This document shows, piece after piece, positions 27,306-32,000 of a DNA stretch of 32,000 bases. The DNA is from Candidatus Saccharimonadota bacterium (GTDB taxonomy: Bacteria; Patescibacteriota; Gracilibacteria; Absconditabacterales; Absconditicoccaceae). The notes beneath the pieces were generated by a model. It worked only from the letters and a program-made list of their open reading frames with translations, was not told the origin of the DNA and did not search any database. The stretch's first letter is position 1. Each line of letters begins with the position of its first letter. The position numbers and the translations under genes were made by a program. The DNA lies in the NCBI GenBank assembly GCA_030429145.1, contig JAUIDC010000001.1, positions 510,001-542,000 on the forward strand, given 5' to 3'.

Positions 27306-28760
27306 ATGTCATTTCAAAATAAGAAGATCAAGTGATCACATACAGATAATTTGGATGAGTACTCATTGGAGAAGGCGCCAAAGGGCAAGAAGTTCTTTGT
27401 AGTGCTTATTACTGTTATCCTCTGTTTTGGCGTCGTGCTGTTTGCGCGAGGAGCGCTAAAGCCTTACTTTCAAGTAAGCATGCAGCGAGTCGGTCAGTGA
27501 GCAGTCAACATCATCAGTAATACCGCTGGCGTAGAGCCACAGAAAGATGATAGAGGTCATATCAATGCTCTTATCCTTGGGTATGGTGGTGACGAGCACG
27601 CAGGAGGATATCTTGCTGATAGTATCATGCTAGCGTCTCTTGATCCTGATCTTGGAGGTGTCACATTTTTATCTGTTCCAAGAGATCTGTACATAGAAAA
27701 GTCACTTGGTGGATACGGTAAAATCAATGGTGATTATGCTTCGCTTTACTATCACTATGAAAGAGATAAGGTGCAAGCTGCAAGTGGGTTTGCAAAGAAG
27801 ATTACGGAGATTACGGGAGTGCCGATTCAGTATTATTTTATGATAGATTTTCATGGTTTTGAAACGTTTATCGATAAGTTAGGAGGAGTGAAGATAGATG
27901 TTCCATACGATATCTATGATACTACTTATCCTGGGCCGAATAATAGCTATCAGACCTTTGCTATCTCTCAAGGAGAACAGCTAATGAGTGGCTCAACTGC
28001 TTTGAAGTATGCGAGAAGTAGACATACGACTTCTGACTTTGCTCGTAGTATGAGACAGCAGCAGATTGTGAAAGCTGTGCTTGAAAAGATTCTGACATTT
28101 GAAAATATTGCGACGCCAGGAAAGATCAAAAATCTTTACTCTGAGTTTACGGGAGTGGTGACGACAAATATCTCGCTCGATGAGATTATCGGAAGTATGA
28201 AATACGCACAAAACATTAAAAAATTCTCGTCGTTTCAATATGCGGTCTGTGCGAACTATCGCTGGGATCTCGCACAGCCAGGATGTTTACTCTATTATCC
28301 ACCGCTTGCTGCGTTCAATGCGTCAGTGGAGGTGCCAGTAGAGGCAACGCCAGCAAATGTATCTGCATACAATGCAATGCACTCGTTTGCAGAGCAGGTG
28401 GTCTACAATCAAGGCTATCTGATCGAAAATCCTGCTGTACGTATTCTCAATGGCGTAGACACGGGAACAACTTCTCTTGGGAATAGAACTATCGCAAGCA
28501 ATACAGCGATGGACTTTACGAAGATGGGTATCAGAGTGTGGGACGTTGGGAATAGTGAAACATCATATCCACAAACAACTATTCTTATCAATGGAACAGG
28601 AGACTACACACACACCATCAATGAAATGAAGAAAATCATCGATATACCGCAGGTGGCATCGTGAACTTTTGCGCCAGACGGGCCAGAACTTACGTTGATC
28701 TTAGGAAGCGACTACTTGTCGGTAGTGCAGCAAGAAAAACCATTGTTTCTACAATACTAA
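27306..28760 (+). CDS. LytR-CpsA-Psr (LCP) family cell-envelope phosphotransferase
   Basis: N-terminal TM segment, then INALILGYGGDEHAGGYLADSIMLASL...FLSVPRDLY...GKINGDYA...ALKYARSRH...DFARSMRQQQIVKAV (LCP core). Fragments are joined by TGAs at 27333, 27498 and 28662. TAA stop at 28758-28760. Confidence 0.8.
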
Positions 28761-28827
28761 CTTAGGTTTGTACTTGTAGAACATTTCTCTATAGTGAAAT
28801 CAATAACTTTTATTTCTGACAGATCTC

Positions 28828-29274
28828 ATGAGAGTATTTGTGCCGAGAAATATTCAAAAAGGACGGTTTAGGATGAACTTTCAGATTGGGCCACTCAATG
28901 TGACGCTCATTCAGCTCATCGTCCTTGCAGTTGGTATGGCCTTGGCCCTCGTGATACGAAATGCGATGGTAAGGGGAGGAGCAACGAGACTCACTGCAGC
29001 CGTGTTTGCTATACCAGTGTTTGTTATCTTTGTGGTCATTGCTTTTTTCAATGTGTCAGAGATGGGACTGGTGCAGTATCTTGCGAAAGTTATCAGAACA
29101 AATTTGCTTGATACAACGAAGAAATATCAAGATGACTATGAGCGTATCGACCCAGTAGATATTGCGTTGAAGAAGGCGGATCTAGAAATTAGTCAGAAAA
29201 AAGCACATACGAAGAAGACAGATACTGTCGATGAAGATAAGTTGGAGAAGCTGAAAGAGGATAGCATCTTCTAA
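28828..29274 (+). CDS. PrgI-family membrane protein (T4SS-associated small protein common in CPR)
   Basis: MRVFVPRNIQKG...IGPLNVTLIQLIVLAVG followed by a second TM segment and a charged tail. This matches the PrgI pattern (M..f.VPqfi...ki.GpltlrQf). Confidence 0.6.
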   Translation: MRVFVPRNIQKGRFRMNFQIGPLNVTLIQLIVLAVGMALALVIRNAMVRGGATRLTAAVFAIPVFVIFVVIAFFNVSEMGLVQYLAKVIRTNLLDTTKKYQDDYERIDPVDIALKKADLEISQKKAHTKKTDTVDEDKLEKLKEDSIF

Positions 29275-29292
29275 AACTGTTTATACAATGAT

Positions 29293-30252
29293 ATGATTGC
29301 TATGAGTTATAGTCCTGTAGGATGGCTGGTGTTGGTATTGGTTGTCGTTGCAGCTATACTCTTTTTTCGTTATCCACGAAAGAAGATCGATGTCTATCCT
29401 CGAAAGATGACTGAGGGGAAGTTATATTATGCACAATCTTTGATCTGGCTTTTTTCAGTCATACTTCTTGCGTTGTGGTCGTTCAATGTGTCACGAATAA
29501 GCACTGTGCAGCCCGTGAAGAGCTCTGCAAGTCATGTACTTTTTGTGTTAGATGGATCGCTTTCGATGAGCGCGGATGATGTTGCACCAAGTAGGTTTAA
29601 GAGATCTCTCCAACTGATTCATCAGCTAGTGGAAGAAGGCTCGGACAGCACGTATGAACTCATTGTCTTTTCTGGGCTGCCAGTTATTCGTATGCCATGG
29701 ACGTCAGATAGTACGTGATTTATGAAAGTTCTTTCATGAATGCAGCTTGGAGATTTTCCTCCGACAGATAACTTTTTAGGAACGGCGCTTGGTGATGCGT
29801 TACTCTTGTCTATTCACCAGTTTCAGCAGATTCCACAGGAGAGCTCTCGTTCGCTTGTCGTTATCAGTGACGGAGATAGTAACAAGTGATACGATCCGTA
29901 TAAGCTTCTCACATTGCTCCAACAACAAAACATCTCTGTCTATTTTATTGCTCTGGGTGAAGAGTGATATGAGGTCGGAAAAGATGCTCTTTGATTGCCT
30001 GTGATAACCTCATTTGATACCAATCTCATGCAACAGTTCACTGATCAGACGGCGGGAAGACTCTATCGTAATCCAGGTGGTGATGAGATGGCGTCGTTGG
30101 CAGAGCTTCTTTCCCGTGGGGAGCAAGAACTCGTTGAGTATGCAGTAGAGAGGAAAAGATTGAATACATATTTGCTACCATGGCTTCTTGTATCGCTCTC
30201 GATCTTACTACTGCTACAATTGAGAAGGCTAGTTTACATAAAGAGAAAATAA
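29293..30252 (+). CDS. von Willebrand factor A domain membrane protein (BatA/BatB-like)
   Basis: Two N-terminal TM segments, the MIDAS motif VLDGSLSMSADD, VVISDGDSN, and a C-terminal TM segment. Same-frame fragments are joined by 5 TGAs (29716, 29737, 29887, 29965, 29992). Confidence 0.65.
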
Positions 30253-30292
30253 CAACCTTGTTATTGGCGCTAGATTTGCTATAGTTTGCCCT

Positions 30293-31279
30293 ATGAAAGA
30301 TAACATATTTTTGTTTACAGGAGATAGCCCATTTTTGCTCTGGGAGGAGCTAAAAAAATGGAAGAGATCGTTTGCTGAGAAATATGGAGAGCAGTATATT
30401 TTTTCATTTTCTTCGGACAATTTTGACATACCAACGATCATAGATAATACGTTTTCATGAGGCCTCTTTGTAAACAAAAAGCTCGTTGTGATCTTCTGAG
30501 TGCCATGAGATAAAGTGAGTGACAATAAAATCTCTGCCGCGAAGTTGGAACAGTTTGAAAAAGGATTTATCCAGCGTATTGATTATCTATCTCCTGATAC
30601 TATCGTGGTGTTTGTTTCGTATGATCCTGATAAGAGATTGAAGCTCTACAAGGCTTTGAGTGAGATCGCGCAAGTGAAAGAATTTAAGACGCCGAATGCG
30701 CCAGGTCTGAAGAAATTCCTTGGAGGATTGCTGGGTGAGCTCGTCTCAGGTGAGGATGTGGATTACATCGTCAGTATTGTCGGTAACGACATGTTCCGTT
30801 TGGCGCATGAGGCTGACAAGTTGAAAACATATGCGAAGTTTCACAACATGGAGAAAGTGAACAGAGAGGTGATAGATAACGTCGTCTATACCGAGACAGA
30901 TGCCAATAACTTCGCAGTACTCGATACCATGTTAACCGATAAACAAAAGACCCTTGAGACTATTGATATTATCTCTGAAAATATGGTAGACCGAAATGAG
31001 TTTGTCGGAATGCTGTATTGGTGACTGAAGCATATGTTACAGACGCTCGATCTCTATGAACAGGGAGAGAAGGACAGCAAACAAATAGCTTCGAAGATAG
31101 GCGTGCACTTCTTTCCGATCATCAAAGATCTGAAGATTATCGACAAGATCAAAGCAAAGAAAACAAAACTCATTGAGATGTTTGATGAACTCATGAGCCT
31201 CGACATGTCTATCAAAAAATGACAATTTCCAGCAGAAGGTTTCTATACTGAGGTAAAGAAAATTATAGCAAAATTGTAA
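30293..31279 (+). CDS. holA: DNA polymerase III subunit delta
   Basis: N-terminal IFLFTGDSPFLLWEELKKWK (the lyllyGee.fl pattern), about 330 aa, helical C-terminal domain. Same-frame fragments are joined by 5 TGAs (30458, 30497, 30506, 31022, 31220). TAA stop at 31277-31279. Confidence 0.55.
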
Positions 31280-31282
31280 ATA

Positions 31283-31567
31283 TTACTTCGTCCTTATGTC
31301 TTTCATACTATAACGAAAATCGCTAGCAGCAAGTTCCTTATTGATTGCATCAAGGATCTGCTGTTTTTCTTTATAGAGAGCAATGTTTGTCTCTCTTGGG
31401 AGATCTTTGAGAAATAGAATATTGTGTCTGATATATCATTCGGTATTGCTGAAATTGACTCCTGGAAATTTTTTTCTGAGTACACGGAAGCAGGAGCTCA
31501 CGATATTGATCGAGCTTCCCATTGATTTCGATAGCGAGCTTTTCTTCAGTAGTTTTTTGATTTCCAT
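31283..31567 (-). CDS. Hypothetical small protein; frame uncertain
   Basis: A code-25 ORF (one TGA at 31436) encodes MEIKKLL...FPGVNFSNTEGYIRHNILFLKDLPRETNIALYKEKQQILDAINKELAASDFRYSMKDIRTK. A competing 80-aa ORF in another frame (31371-31613) meets it at an A7 run (31466-31472). Confidence 0.25.
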
Positions 31568-31652
31568 CTGCTGTTTTTCGGTAATGAATATTCTTTGACA
31601 AAGCTATATGCAATGAGTATACACAGAAGATGTTTATTTGCCATTTGAAATA

Positions 31653-32000
31653 ATGTCGATAGTAAAAAAAATAGCCACATGGTCTATGATGCTAGGAGTT
31701 CTCTCTTTGCCTCTCTTTACCTTTGCCGTGCAAAATAGCTTTGAGATTATCCCTGAGTCAGAGAAGGATGTCTCTCAAGATGTGGATGAGGTTGGAAAGT
31801 CATGAGGGAGTGTTCGAGATAAGCTCAATCAAAAAGCTCAAGAGTATGAAGACAAGTGAGATCTCGGTGCGCAGTTTGCAAGCGGAGCGTTCACTTGGAA
31901 TACACTTTTGAATTACGTTGTCTATCTTGTAAGATTTTTGTCGCAGATAGCGCTCGTTATTGGTGCGGGTATGATCGTTGTGTCGGGGTACAAGTACGCA
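31653..32000 (+). CDS. Secreted/membrane protein, 3' truncated by the window edge; possibly TrbC/VirB2-like pilin
   Basis: Signal peptide (MSIVKKIATWSMMLGVLSLPLFTFA), a short acidic region, then a hydrophobic segment (WNTLLNYVVYLVRFLSQIALVIGAGMIVV). Two in-frame TGAs (31803 and 31857). Open to the window end. The ORF track lists only an out-of-frame ORF here. Confidence 0.4.

Noticed and set aside
1982-32000. Genetic code 4 (UGA = Trp, Mycoplasma-type) as the explanation for the in-frame TGAs.
   Set aside because: The TGA positions align to conserved Gly (PGGVGP in FolD, GRGP in RNase HII, the GGG loop in HflX), not Trp. UGG is used normally for Trp.

Overview
The window comes from a bacterium that reads UGA as glycine (genetic code 25; Candidatus Gracilibacteria/BD1-5 or Absconditabacteria/SR1 type, CPR/Patescibacteria). 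The supplied standard-code ORF track therefore splits most genes. Same-frame fragments rejoin across in-frame TGA codons, and those TGAs fall on universally conserved Gly positions: FolD PGGVGP, RNase HII DEAGRGP and HKGYGT, the HflX GGG loop, and AlaRS LQG. Only TAA and TAG end genes here.

Re-decoded, the window holds ordinary housekeeping genes: trhO, hflX, an ECF sigma factor with a putative anti-sigma partner, sufS, folD, rnhB, nhaA, atpB-E-F-H-A, alaS, an LCP protein, a vWA protein and holA. It also holds T4SS-related genes: a VirD4/TraD-like ATPase, a PrgI-family protein and a pilin-like protein.

The main discovery is the stretch at about 19.7-23.3 kb, which looks almost ORF-free under the standard code. 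Under code 25 it becomes a compact RiPP operon:
- a 71-aa Cys/Ser/Gly-rich precursor, followed by an attenuator hairpin
- a standalone C39-like cysteine peptidase
- a SagB-type FMN dehydrogenase
- a YcaO cyclodehydratase

This is an azol(in)e/TOMM-type cluster. It carries 27 in-frame TGA codons.

Other notable points:
- a tandemly duplicated F-type c subunit with Na+-type ES..Y motifs, next to nhaA
- a riboswitch-like structured leader upstream of nhaA
- an atp operon that stops after alpha
- a Bacteroidota-like left end, with a T9SS sorting-domain protein and a protein-glutaminase homologue lacking two of its three catalytic residues. This may be HGT or an assembly chimera.

All coordinates were derived by manual codon counting. 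No database searches were run.
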